Below are positions 35,250 to 46,700 of a stretch of DNA of 64,000 nucleotides, in pieces. The position numbers were made by a program, and so were the translations under genes. Source of the stretch: a virus (Duplodnaviria > Caudoviricetes). The stretch is from positions 160,001-224,000 of the IMG/VR virus record IMGVR_UViG_3300027740_000003; one strand, written 5' to 3'. The notes beneath the pieces are model-generated. The model was not told where the DNA came from. It ran no database searches and saw only the letters and a list, made by a program, of their open reading frames with translations. Position 1 is the first letter of the stretch; each line of letters starts with the position of its first letter.

Positions 35250-35575
35250 TTTAATCCTAATTTAAATTTGTTAACAGATCTCCATCCTTGTTTATACCCA
35301 TCAATTAAAAATTGAAATCCGGATAATGTTCTCAGGTATTCTTTCTCTTTATTAGTAAGCCTATTTGATGGAATCAATACGGAAATCTTACCATCCTCTA
35401 ATATTTTCCAAATCTCTCCGTCTTTTTTAGTCTGCCTTTTTACTTGAACTAATGGTTGAACTATATAATCTTCATCTTTAAATAGTTCATTGTCGTTCCT
35501 TAAAGGCATTAGTGGATTATTTTCATCCATTGAATACTCTTCTTCCTCTGTTGGCGTATTTTTATAATCTTTCAT
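35246..35575 (-). CDS. Hypothetical protein
   Basis: 109-aa ORF. Confidence 0.65.
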   Translation of the reverse strand: MKDYKNTPTEEEEYSMDENNPLMPLRNDNELFKDEDYIVQPLVQVKRQTKKDGEIWKILEDGKISVLIPSNRLTNKEKEYLRTLSGFQFLIDGYKQGWRSVNKFKLGLK

Positions 35576-35578
35576 GTT

Positions 35579-36796
35579 TCACCTTAAACAACTATCTATT
35601 GCAATTACTCCCGTTATTGCTGCGTTATTAATGCCAAATAGCCCGGCGCTTTCTCCTGCCACAAACATACCATCAACTTCTGTTTCTAAATTAGAATTAA
35701 TTACAATAGGTGCTGTTTGTGGTTTTATTGTTGGCGCATGAAAATATCCTCTATTTATTAAATTGGGAAGTATATTATTTACTTCTTCAACCGAATCAAT
35801 TAAAAAATTATATTCTGGAATCTGAGACAATATGCTTTCTTTTTTAACTATTGATTTTATTTTTTCCCTGCCAATCCTATCATTAAATAAAAGAAACGCA
35901 AGTTTGGCTAATCTTTCCATTTCTTTTATTCCATTTTCTGGGAAACATTGCTTGCTAATTATATCAAAAACAACTTTATTTTTCCCCATTTTTTTCCATC
36001 TTTCCTCATTAGATCTGAATGCTGATAAAACAACATCAGCGTGATCCTCTGGAATAACAGCTCCGTCCCAACAAAACGGACCAATCTCTAAATTGTCTTT
36101 TATCATAGAACAATGAGTGTGATTAAGCTCTTTCATATATTGTGCAGAACATTCGGCCTTTATTCCCAGATAAGCATAATTGTCTTCTGTTATTAAATCA
36201 AATGATTTATATATGTCATGTGCCCACCGCCAACCACTTCTACCTACCGCAATAATAATCTTTTCGCATTTAAAATCACCAAGCTGTGTTGTTAATTCGA
36301 ATACTCCATCTTTTTTAAGAATCTGTAATACTTCATTGTCAAAAGAAAATGTTATGTTTTCCGAATCTAATGTAATTTCTGAAATTATTTTTGATAATTT
36401 ATGAATGTATTCCGGTTTCCATTGAATATAATCATTTGTCTGTAATTCGAAACCTAAATCATTTGATTTTTTTTGAATTAAAGAATTGGGCAATTTATCT
36501 TTTATTACTTTAATTGGCCCGGCTTCTGATAATACACTTTTTACCCATTTGTCTACGGGTTTTACTTTTCTTCCATCAATTATTTCTAATATTTTTGATA
36601 TATCTGTGTGTATTTTCCCATCACTAAAAGGAAGACAACCAAGCCAAGCCTCTAACTGGCGGCGTCTTTTTAGCATTGGCCGCCCTAATTCTAATACTAA
36701 TACGCTTTCTTTTTTATAGTTTTCAGCAGCCCTAAGAGATGCAAAAACTCCTGCAACACCAGCTCCAATTATTCCAACATCATATATCTTGCTCAT
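35579..36796 (-). CDS. FAD-dependent oxidoreductase
   Basis: YDVGIIGAGVAG, SDGK, IAVGRSG and FVAGESAG motifs; likely start 36796. Confidence 0.85.
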   Translation of the reverse strand: MSKIYDVGIIGAGVAGVFASLRAAENYKKESVLVLELGRPMLKRRRQLEAWLGCLPFSDGKIHTDISKILEIIDGRKVKPVDKWVKSVLSEAGPIKVIKDKLPNSLIQKKSNDLGFELQTNDYIQWKPEYIHKLSKIISEITLDSENITFSFDNEVLQILKKDGVFELTTQLGDFKCEKIIIAVGRSGWRWAHDIYKSFDLITEDNYAYLGIKAECSAQYMKELNHTHCSMIKDNLEIGPFCWDGAVIPEDHADVVLSAFRSNEERWKKMGKNKVVFDIISKQCFPENGIKEMERLAKLAFLLFNDRIGREKIKSIVKKESILSQIPEYNFLIDSVEEVNNILPNLINRGYFHAPTIKPQTAPIVINSNLETEVDGMFVAGESAGLFGINNAAITGVIAIDSCLR

Positions 36797-36836
36797 GCTG
36801 GCATATATAACCAGCAAATGCTTTCGTAAACATTTT

Positions 36837-38051
36837 TTAAGCAGTCAAATGCCATTTTGTTTTCATTGTATTTTTTATTGATTGTTCATGGGCTAATGTT
36901 ATGTTTTTATTTGCAAATATTGCAAATTCTCTTAGTCTCATTGTTGGATAATATGGGGAAGGATACCCTAAATATAAATTAGTAAATGTTAAATTATCAG
37001 CACAATTAGTAGTGGCTAAATATGTGCTACCTATAGATCCTCTATGTGCCGCTTCGTCATATATGTGAGAAAATGTAGCATTCCAATTATTTGCAATAGA
37101 GGTAATAGAATGCTCATAATTTGGTGGGGGATTTTCCCGGTCAAATCTAGCTGATGTAGAGGCAATAACTACTAATTGCATAGCTGTACTTGTACTAGAC
37201 AACGCATACAAAACCTTTGTATTATTTGACACATCAGTTGCTGCCCCAATTACTCCACATTTAGCACCATTATTAAACACACTAACATAATTAGACGCCT
37301 GCATATATTGTGTGCCAAGAAATACTAAACATGGACCAAATCCATCCACCCAATAAATTGGCTGATTTGCAGCTGTAGCTTGTTCCCACCTATGTCCATT
37401 TCTTAAATCTGCCCAATATAATACACGTTTTTGTTCTGTAGTAATATTTTTAATAAGTATCCTGCCATCAACTCCAGTCCCGTCCCAGATCAAATTAGTA
37501 CCGGTTGAGTCATACATATATATTCCTGGCGTATTATATCCTGCTGTCATTATTTTTGATCTCAAAATAACTCTATACCAGCCATCTCCTAAATCAGACA
37601 AATAACCATCACCAACTGGATAGGATGTTTCTAAATTAGTTTGTTGTAAAAATGAACTAGCCCCTGTTGTTAGATTTAACTTTAATTGTACTCCTTGATA
37701 TAACTCAATTTGAATTGTATCTATTGCTGAGCCAGTGTCTTTTTTAAAATCAGCTTGAAATAAATATGGACCATTTACTCTTGATGGTTGTGATGTTAAT
37801 TTTAAATAAACAACATGATAATTATTTGCCGACGTATTAGCCATCACATAACCGTCTCCAGATGCCCCAATTGTGATATTAGATTGGGTCCAAGATGTCA
37901 AAACAATTTGTTCAGCTTGTGCTCCATAAGTAATCCCTCCATAACCATCTGTATAAATTATAGGATCAAAATTAAGAATTAAATCTCTACCAACATCGGA
38001 ATATAAATTAATTCCAGATGAAATATTTACATTTTGAAGAATATTTGTCAT
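36837..38051 (-). CDS. Putative virion fibre/carbohydrate-binding protein
   Basis: Beta-rich, CBM-like and lectin-like segments (GDGWYRV, WEQATAANQP). Confidence 0.6.
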   Translation of the reverse strand: MTNILQNVNISSGINLYSDVGRDLILNFDPIIYTDGYGGITYGAQAEQIVLTSWTQSNITIGASGDGYVMANTSANNYHVVYLKLTSQPSRVNGPYLFQADFKKDTGSAIDTIQIELYQGVQLKLNLTTGASSFLQQTNLETSYPVGDGYLSDLGDGWYRVILRSKIMTAGYNTPGIYMYDSTGTNLIWDGTGVDGRILIKNITTEQKRVLYWADLRNGHRWEQATAANQPIYWVDGFGPCLVFLGTQYMQASNYVSVFNNGAKCGVIGAATDVSNNTKVLYALSSTSTAMQLVVIASTSARFDRENPPPNYEHSITSIANNWNATFSHIYDEAAHRGSIGSTYLATTNCADNLTFTNLYLGYPSPYYPTMRLREFAIFANKNITLAHEQSIKNTMKTKWHLTA

Positions 38052-38800
38052 TTGGTTCCTGTTATTTCACTTATCATTCTATCAAAATCTTCTGAATAAA
38101 GTTGTTTTTGAATTAGTTTCATCTCCGTTGGTCTGTCTTCTTCTGGAGTTCCTTTAATTGATTCATAAAGCCGACCACTATAGATGTCTTTAAAAGAATC
38201 ATCACTAAATGGATAAGCATGATTAGCTTTTTTATATCTACAATATATGAAAGAATGCGATGGACCAATCCATTGTTTGTATTGTCGAGTTAAATCCCAC
38301 CACAATTCATCTTCTCCAAATTTGGCCACAACAGGAAAATTGGGAGAAATATCTATTCTTCCAGCTAATGTGGGCCCATGACAAAACTGTCCGTTGCACC
38401 AACATTCTGATACACCTTCTACAAACCATAATTTATCATCACAATTTTTAATCCAACACGAGTTTCTTCCTACTATCTGTGCCCCTTTTTCTATTGTGTC
38501 CTCTATTGTATTAAGATATCTCGACAAATAACGATCATCACAATCAAATTTTGTAAACCAATCATTTTTATTACTATTCTGTCTTGCCCAGTCTAATCCA
38601 ACATTCATTGGTTGACTTACGCCATCATTTGATTCTAAAATAATCTCATCTTCTTTTTTACACCATTTTGCTCCACAGTTTTGCACTACAATAAGTTTTT
38701 TATTTTTATATAGTTGCTGGTTAAAATTATTCCATGCATTTTGTTCAAATGCTTGTTTTGAAAATGGAACAATGCAATAAATGGTCGTATTAACCTCCAT
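38048..38800 (-). CDS. GT-A (family 2-like) glycosyltransferase
   Basis: YCIVPFS, N.GLDWA, FTKFDCDD.Y...YL and GED motifs. Confidence 0.75.
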   Translation of the reverse strand: MEVNTTIYCIVPFSKQAFEQNAWNNFNQQLYKNKKLIVVQNCGAKWCKKEDEIILESNDGVSQPMNVGLDWARQNSNKNDWFTKFDCDDRYLSRYLNTIEDTIEKGAQIVGRNSCWIKNCDDKLWFVEGVSECWCNGQFCHGPTLAGRIDISPNFPVVAKFGEDELWWDLTRQYKQWIGPSHSFIYCRYKKANHAYPFSDDSFKDIYSGRLYESIKGTPEEDRPTEMKLIQKQLYSEDFDRMISEITGTK

Positions 38801-41621
38801 ATGTGCCTGTCATTAATAATCTGCAACGTATCATAAATCTATAATTTCGTGATGCAGGATCTAATATTAACCTAATTGTAGCAGCATCAGCAGCAGAGGT
38901 TGCCAATGTCCAATGAGTAACTAAACTATTTATTTCTACATCAAGATAATTGGTTCCAAATGTGTGCAATGTATTGTTGCTATCTTTAACGAATGTGGCG
39001 TAATAACGTTGGTACACGCAACCGGATCCCGCATAACCAAGAGGATTGGTAGCAAGTATATCATATATTGCAACATATGTTCTATAACCATCATGTGGAG
39101 CGTCTAAGTTAGAAATGTCTATGTCAAATTCTTGAGCGGTTCCATCTGTCACTTCAGCGGACCACATATATTCTCTTGTATTAATTGGAACGGTTAGAGA
39201 GCCAGGAACAGACATTACAAATGGTGTCAGGTTTTCCTTTGCATAAGCGTTAGAACAAATTATTGATGAGTGTCCTCCAAAATCAGTGCCTGATCCATCG
39301 TCTTGGTTCAAAACAAAAGCCCCTGTAGTGCTGGTAATGTTGTCAGCACCTATAGTTATATTACCATCACCCGCAGTTATATCAATATTACCATTAACAG
39401 GTCCTGAACCAGTGGATATTGATAAGCTGCCTCCATAATCAGATCCGGAACCACATTGTAGTGTAATGGAGCCGCCAATTCTGTGGGGAGCCTCAGAATC
39501 ATTTCCAGTAATTGTAATTATCCCTGGAGAACCCCAAGTAGCTCCACCTCCAGAAATAACCACTTGTCCACCAGTATGTCCAGCAGATCCGTCTCCAGCG
39601 GTAATGGAAATGTCTCCACCATAACCGTCTAAACCTTCTCCTGCGGCAAAAACAAGATCACCACCATCGTTGGCAATTCCAGTCCCACCAGTAATACTTA
39701 CGCTGGCACCAACTGCTACGCTTGAAGTTCCTCCAGTAATTGAAATAGGACCTCCGGTATCAGCCCCACCTCCTGAAATAGATAATGTTCCTCCAGTACC
39801 ATTAGTGGTAGAGGAGCCGGACCTAATAGCTATATTGCCACCAGTAAATCCGTCTCCAGAAGCTGCCCCACCATAAATATATGTGTGCCCAGCATTACCA
39901 ATCGAGCTATTCCCTCCTCTTATTGTAGCGTCGCCAGAAGCAATTAACGCCGTTTGGTTTCCACCATATATATTAATTTCATTTACGCCAAACAACACTT
40001 TGCTCCAAGTATCTATGTACATAGAAACAGTTGAATCAACATGCTGAATTTCTATTCTTCCATCTGTAGAGCTGCCATCTCCAGGTCTTAGAATTACATT
40101 TCCTCCAATGGCTCCATTTCCGCCGGCAACATAGGCAGATCCGCCAGTGCCTAGTGTAGTAGACCCCCCAGTAATTGATGCTGTCCCTCCCAGATAACCA
40201 TCTCCTTCTGCACTTCCTCCCAGAATAGTAATAGTACCTCCATTTCCCAGAACTGTGGAAGATCCTCCCTGGACAACTACTCCACCAGGAGATCCTGGAG
40301 ACGCAGAGTCTGATTCTCCAGTTAAATGTAATGTGCTGTTGCCAACTAAAGAATTGCCTTGGAAATAAGCAATAGTAGTGCCATCTCTATATTGGAAATT
40401 AATTTTACCATCAGTGCTGGATTCCGCCACACCGCCCATCCTCAGGGTAATATCTCCTCCAACCTGACCGGGACCGCCAGTAATATATACAGGACCACCA
40501 GTCCCGCCACCATTAACTCCATCACCACCAATAATATTTATTTCTCCCCCGGTGAAACCATTATGTGCAACACCAGCGGTTATATTTACATTACCGGCAT
40601 TAACCCCTCCTCCAAACTGTAGGGTAGACGCAGCGGTCAGATTGATACTACCAGGTTTAGTATTACTTTCTGGAAGAGTAATATTTAAATTTTCCCCGGC
40701 AGTTGCCGTAATGGAATATCCATCACTTAAAATAACCAAATTATTATGTATATTTACGGCAGTACCAGATGTGCTTAATAGCGTATCTCCGGCATTACCA
40801 ATATTTACACCGTATCCATCTTGTGGATCTATAGTGATATTTTGATTAATTGAGGAGAATATAGAATTTCCAGTAAGATTAACCGTGTATCCGTCAGATG
40901 TATTAGATGTACCCAGGGTAGCCCCCCACCCTACATTTGCATCAGGTAATGTGGTCCAACCACAAGCTCCTGAACCGTTAGTATTTAATACTTGACCGTC
41001 TAAACCTTGTGTGTCAGGTAAAATAAATGAAATGTTACTAGATACATTAGATCCCTTAAATGTTGTATAATTAGTATCTGCTGCATTATATAATCTAATA
41101 TCTTTTTGTTTATAAATGCCAGCAAACAGATCATCAAATACATAGTGTTGGACAGCTGGTGCTCCTGGATTAAATACTATTCTTTCACCATATAGATAAG
41201 TAATGTATCCATCATTTCCATACCTTACAGTATCATTTGAATTAGCTTGAATTAAAATTAAATTAGCCGTATTTTCTACATTTCTAAAATAAATACTCCC
41301 AGCAGAGGGAAGTCTAATATATCCAGATGTAGATGGGTTAGATCCCACTTCTAATCTACCACTAGCAGATAGATTTAAAATACCTGCATCGGATAATGTA
41401 GCTACAGAGTCTTGAATTAATTTACCTGTAGCTAAATTATATCTAGCCACGGCATTGTCTGTTGCAGATGTTGGCCCAACAACATAACCGTTTATCATTA
41501 TAACAACGGCTGTCCCGGCCTGTATTGTCTCTGGAGCATAGGTTCCAGAAAAATCAACAGCACTACTTATCCAAGTAATATAATAACCAGGAACAGATTT
41601 TGCTCTCATTACATACGACAT
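38790..41621 (-). CDS. Gly/Ser/Thr-rich tail-fibre-like protein
   Basis: GPTSATDNAVARY fibre motif; many GG.I.I.GG beta-repeat units; SD AAGGTG. Confidence 0.75.
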   Translation of the reverse strand: MSYVMRAKSVPGYYITWISSAVDFSGTYAPETIQAGTAVVIMINGYVVGPTSATDNAVARYNLATGKLIQDSVATLSDAGILNLSASGRLEVGSNPSTSGYIRLPSAGSIYFRNVENTANLILIQANSNDTVRYGNDGYITYLYGERIVFNPGAPAVQHYVFDDLFAGIYKQKDIRLYNAADTNYTTFKGSNVSSNISFILPDTQGLDGQVLNTNGSGACGWTTLPDANVGWGATLGTSNTSDGYTVNLTGNSIFSSINQNITIDPQDGYGVNIGNAGDTLLSTSGTAVNIHNNLVILSDGYSITATAGENLNITLPESNTKPGSINLTAASTLQFGGGVNAGNVNITAGVAHNGFTGGEINIIGGDGVNGGGTGGPVYITGGPGQVGGDITLRMGGVAESSTDGKINFQYRDGTTIAYFQGNSLVGNSTLHLTGESDSASPGSPGGVVVQGGSSTVLGNGGTITILGGSAEGDGYLGGTASITGGSTTLGTGGSAYVAGGNGAIGGNVILRPGDGSSTDGRIEIQHVDSTVSMYIDTWSKVLFGVNEINIYGGNQTALIASGDATIRGGNSSIGNAGHTYIYGGAASGDGFTGGNIAIRSGSSTTNGTGGTLSISGGGADTGGPISITGGTSSVAVGASVSITGGTGIANDGGDLVFAAGEGLDGYGGDISITAGDGSAGHTGGQVVISGGGATWGSPGIITITGNDSEAPHRIGGSITLQCGSGSDYGGSLSISTGSGPVNGNIDITAGDGNITIGADNITSTTGAFVLNQDDGSGTDFGGHSSIICSNAYAKENLTPFVMSVPGSLTVPINTREYMWSAEVTDGTAQEFDIDISNLDAPHDGYRTYVAIYDILATNPLGYAGSGCVYQRYYATFVKDSNNTLHTFGTNYLDVEINSLVTHWTLATSAADAATIRLILDPASRNYRFMIRCRLLMTGTYGG

Positions 41622-41640
41622 AGTTCACCTTGCTATAATG

Positions 41641-42333
41641 TCAAATTATTATATTGCCAATAGACCTCATATATTCTTCCATAATCTGATCGTCTGTTAG
41701 CTGGGAATTTATTAGTTTAAAAGACAACATTGTTGTACCAATTGTTAATGGGGTAGCTGCATTTTCTCTTGCACCAATAATAAATGGACCAGTTGTTCCT
41801 CCAGTAGGAGCCGTTAATGTTGTTGAGGTATTTTTTAATATACCATTTATATAAAATTTCAATACTGTGCCAGCAATATTCCTTGTTATAGCAATATAAC
41901 ACAAGCTTGATTTTGGTGGCCTTGCAGAAGAACTATATGTAATATTAACTCCCGTGATATGTTCTGCAAAATAAGAAATTCCCACACCAGAAGATATAAA
42001 AAAACTAAATGCTACATTGCCTGTCTCAAGTTCGTCATTATTTCCATTATCACAAATATATTGACTAGCAGTTGTTGTTGTTGTAAAATTAATCAAAGTT
42101 TCTACTGTTATTTCTCCAAGTGAACACAATGCATCTTCGTGAGTTTTAGTTAGATAAGTTGCCCCATCAAAATAAAAACCAGCAAGATTATTAATCTTGG
42201 CATACATTTCTGTTCCAGATACAGTTAAATTATATCCGTTGCCAGATGAATCATTTAGAGTATTATTAAAATTATATAAAGCAACTGGAGAATATTTGTT
42301 ATCTAAATATGTTATATTTCTGAAAAGGGTCAT
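41641..42333 (-). CDS. LamG/concanavalin-A-like lectin protein (paralogue 3)
   Basis: SPVALYNFN..L.DSSGNG, KFYING and L.D.QI.EEY motifs. Confidence 0.82.
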   Translation of the reverse strand: MTLFRNITYLDNKYSPVALYNFNNTLNDSSGNGYNLTVSGTEMYAKINNLAGFYFDGATYLTKTHEDALCSLGEITVETLINFTTTTTASQYICDNGNNDELETGNVAFSFFISSGVGISYFAEHITGVNITYSSSARPPKSSLCYIAITRNIAGTVLKFYINGILKNTSTTLTAPTGGTTGPFIIGARENAATPLTIGTTMLSFKLINSQLTDDQIMEEYMRSIGNIII

Positions 42334-43058
42334 ATAACTCCATATACTGATCCTAATGTTTTATTATATTCGCTGGCAACCTGACTATCAGTTAATTGAG
42401 AATTTATCACTTTAACAGAAAAAAGTATTGTCCCATTTAATAATTGATTACCTCCATTAACATCAGCTCCAACTATTAAATTGCCCAATGTTGTGCTATC
42501 TGCCTCTATTAATATACTTGATGTATCAAATAATTTACCATTCACATAAAATTTTAATATTGTTCCTGCCGAATTTCTGGATAAAGCCGCATGACAAATT
42601 TGACCAACAGGAAAACATGCAGTAGATGTATATGATATATTTACTCCAGCACCATGTTCAACGAAATAATGAAGTCTATTTCCAGAAGAAGCTCCAGTCG
42701 GATTTGCACTAATTAAACTCCACGCTTGGTTTCCTGTTGCTAATTCAGAGTTATTTCCAAATATAACAATAACATTTCCTGTAGGTAGAGCAGTTCCAGT
42801 GGTCCCTGGCAATATAATAATAGTTTCTATTGTTATGGCTCCAAAATTAATAAATGCACTTTCTAGAGTTTTTGTTAAATATTCCGTTCCACTAAAATAA
42901 AATCCAGTAAGACCATTAATGGTTATATATTTTTCAGTACCATCACCCAATGTCAAGTTGTATCCATTTCCAGACGAATCATTTATAGTATTATTAAAAT
43001 TATATAATACCATTGGTGAAAAAGCTGTATCTAAATAATTAAATTTTCTAAGCTTCAT
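42330..43058 (-). CDS. LamG/concanavalin-A-like lectin protein (paralogue 2)
   Basis: Same motifs as its neighbours. Confidence 0.82.
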   Translation of the reverse strand: MKLRKFNYLDTAFSPMVLYNFNNTINDSSGNGYNLTLGDGTEKYITINGLTGFYFSGTEYLTKTLESAFINFGAITIETIIILPGTTGTALPTGNVIVIFGNNSELATGNQAWSLISANPTGASSGNRLHYFVEHGAGVNISYTSTACFPVGQICHAALSRNSAGTILKFYVNGKLFDTSSILIEADSTTLGNLIVGADVNGGNQLLNGTILFSVKVINSQLTDSQVASEYNKTLGSVYGVI

Positions 43059-43777
43059 ACTTCTCCAAAAGAATTTCCAATTGTTTTATAATATTCTAAT
43101 TTTATTTGGTTATCATCTAGTTCCTTATTTAAAATTTTCAAAGATGGCAAAAATCCTCCATTAGGAGTAGAAGTAGTAGCGGCTTTATTAGTTCCAATTC
43201 TAAGAAAACTATTGGTTCCACCAGTAGGAGCATTTAATGTTCCTGAAGTAGCTTTTAGTTCTCCATTTATGTAAAATTTCACAACTGTTCCGGCCGAATT
43301 TCTAGTCATAGCAAGATATGTTAACTGATATGTAGCAAGAGATATATTTGATGTATAAACAACATCTGTTCCGCTGGCTCCCGTATCTGCAAAATAACCT
43401 ATATTACCAGTAGATATCATTCTAATAGAGAAAGAATTGTTGCCGGCAGGAGCGCTAGTGTTAGATCCCATTTGAACTATCCAAAATTCAGAAGATATTA
43501 TTGGAATCATTATTAACATTTCAACAGTTAATGCCCCCAATATTGTTAAAACAGGATCGTTTGATGGTCTGGACCAATATTGTACTCCACCTTTTAGTTT
43601 TAGACCAGTTATGCCATTTTGTTTAGTAAATAATGTGGCTCCGGTTGTTAATGCTAAATCTAAACCATTACCAGATGAGTCAGTTAGAACATCATTAAAA
43701 TTATATAAAGCTACTGGAGAATGTGTTAGATCAAAATAATTTATATTTTTTTTTATGAAGGTCATACAACCCTCCAC
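43055..43777 (-). CDS. LamG/concanavalin-A-like lectin protein (paralogue 1)
   Basis: Same motifs as its neighbours. Confidence 0.82.
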   Translation of the reverse strand: MEGCMTFIKKNINYFDLTHSPVALYNFNDVLTDSSGNGLDLALTTGATLFTKQNGITGLKLKGGVQYWSRPSNDPVLTILGALTVEMLIMIPIISSEFWIVQMGSNTSAPAGNNSFSIRMISTGNIGYFADTGASGTDVVYTSNISLATYQLTYLAMTRNSAGTVVKFYINGELKATSGTLNAPTGGTNSFLRIGTNKAATTSTPNGGFLPSLKILNKELDDNQIKLEYYKTIGNSFGEV

Positions 43778-46700
43778 CTAAAAGAAAATGGATCGTATAA
43801 AATCGTCACCGAATCATTTTCGTTAAGATACAACCCCCCTATTTGTGAAATTATTCTATTATTATCACTACTTGATACATCTTGATGTGAAAGAACAATA
43901 GATTTTGTACCTATATTAATAACTTCTTTTCTTATAATTGCAGCGGCTGCATCAAATCCAGATATAATATATCCATCATCTAAAGCATTTAATCTAAGAG
44001 CAGTAGCTGTGCTAAATCCAGTAGGATTATAATCATTAACATTTGTCGAAAGATCTGTAGGGGTTATAAATGTATCAGCCGTTTCAACAGCAGAAATGTT
44101 AACACGAACATTTATCCTTGACATTGTACAAATAGCATAGTTTATAATGTCGCTTTCGCTTAATCTTATTTGTGCCTCATAAATATTTGAGCCTGATGAT
44201 ATAGTTATAGACTCAGACATGAATGTTGGCATGTATCCATCTACAGTTAATGTACTTCCTATTTGTAAACCTGTAGTTATATTCATCAATCTGACTTCGG
44301 CCTGCAAATAACCGTCAAAAACCCCACTTGTACTGTACAACACTGCTTCAAAATATCCATCCGCAGATGAATAATTTACAGAATTTATTTCAGTTGATCC
44401 AATTGTTTTCCAACCGTCTAGATTATTAAAACCACCACCAATAGAAAATGATATGTATGTTGTTGTGTTGTCAAGAACATTAGCAATATATCCATCAACA
44501 TAATTTCTTGTTGCTGCATCTTGGGTAGCTATTGGATCTGCAAGATTAGTTATATTCAAGCTGCCTGCGCTGTTGCCAGCCACTAATACTTGTGATAATG
44601 TTTGTGTGCCAGACGTTCCTGTTGGCGCTCTTGATTCCCAAATTCTTTCAACAGCATCCCATGTTAAGACATAACCGTCTGTTATCCCACCAATATATGT
44701 CAAGTCTCCACTATTTGTTATTGCAACATATCCATCATTTACAGGATGCGTTAACAAGTCTAAGCTGGCAATATATCCGTCAACATAATTTCTTGTTGCA
44801 GCATCCTGTTGACTAATCGGATTTGATAAATTTGTTATTATAAAACTACCAGCACTGTTTCCTACTGTTAATACTTGTGATAATGTTGGTGTTAATGATG
44901 TTCCTGTTGGGGCCCGTGATTCCCAGATTCCTTCAGCAGCGTCCCAAGTTAAAACATAACCATCTGTTGCTCCACCAATATATATTAAATCTCCATTATC
45001 AGATATAGCAACATAGCCATCATTAACGGGATGAGTTAATAAATCTAAACCAGCAATATATCCATCAACATAATTTCTTGTTGCAGCATCCTGTTGACTA
45101 ATCGGATTTGATAAATTAGTTATTCTTAAACTGCCGGCGCTATTTCCTTCGGTTAGAATTTCAAATAAATTTGAAATAGTTGCTGAACCAGTTCCATTTA
45201 AAACAATATTGTTTCCTGAAGAATCTGTTAAAACAGCATATCCATCTGATTGTCTTATCCAGAATGTAGAATGGCCAGAAGCTGGATTCCCTCCAGGAAC
45301 AGATGATTGCAAATCTAAAACTAATCCAGTAGGATCTATCAGTCCACTTACTGTTAGTTTCCCATCTATGCTAACGTCTCCGTCAAATTCACTATCTCCA
45401 GAAACAAATAATATTGTATATCCGTCATCAGTAAGATTTCCGGGGAAATTTTTAATTATATGGACATACCCATCAAGACCAGGGCCTCCAGCGCCTGGTT
45501 GTAAAAATATACAACCAGATCTAGATATATTACTTACACTTCCTTTTAAGAAAATATTTCCAGCAGATATACTGGTTCCACTTCCAGATTGTAAAACAAT
45601 ATCTCCACCAACACTATTCGCTCCATTTTTAGAACCTGAAGTGATAGTAATATTTCCGGCAGAAGCATTTGATGCACCGGCGTTCCCAGCAGACACAGAT
45701 ATGTTTCCAGATACGGAAGACCCGCCAGAAGCAGTTATAGTAATGTTTCCAGCATTTGCAACTGGATTAGTTTTGATTAATATATCTCCACTATAAGAAC
45801 CAACGCCACCGGTTCCGGTTTCAATTGATATGTCTCCACCAGTAGACGTATTTGATCCGTAAGTTTTTAAAGTAAGAGATCCTGAATTTCCGGCATTTGA
45901 TTGGCCAGCATATACAAGTATACTTCCAGTATTTGACCCTGCCGGACTAGTATAAATATTTATATCCCCCGAGTATCCCGCATTTGCAGGATCTGGAGGG
46001 CCAGTATAAATTGCAATAGTTCCAGTATTTGAGCTACAAGAAGTACCGCTACCTGTAAATATAGATATTTGGCCTGTTGGAGCACTGTTAGTAGCAGTAG
46101 AACCTGTAGATATATAAACAGAACCGCTTGATGTAGCTGTAGAACTAGCCGCTCCAGTAGTTATAGAAACCCCACCACCATCTCCAGAGCTTGTATCTCC
46201 GGTAGCTACTGTTATTACTCCCTGTGCTGGCGATGTAATTAAACTAGAATTAGTAATAACAATATTATAACCGTCTGTAGTATTACCAAGATTTAAAATT
46301 TCAGCTAAAGTTCCTCCACCAGTACCAGTTCCAACAATATGAGTTCTCCAACGGCCTGTTGTTTGGTCATAAATTATAAGAACCAAACCGTTAGGTTCTA
46401 ATATTAAATCAGAACCATCAGATGTAAGAATACGATCCGGAGCACTACTTCCCAGATTTTCATTCATTAATGTTATAGCATAAGAGCCAATATTAACAAC
46501 AATTTTCAACAACATGTCATCGTTTTGCAAAACAGCTAAAAAGCCAGTAATTGTTGCTATTCCCGGACTGTCCAAACGAAGGATTTGTAAACTTGACCAA
46601 TTTGGTGGAGACACATCATTGTTTGCTCCAGCAAACAAAGAATGATTGATAACTTGTTGATAAGCTCCCACTCTAAGAGAAAGGTTGCCTCCGCCAAGAT

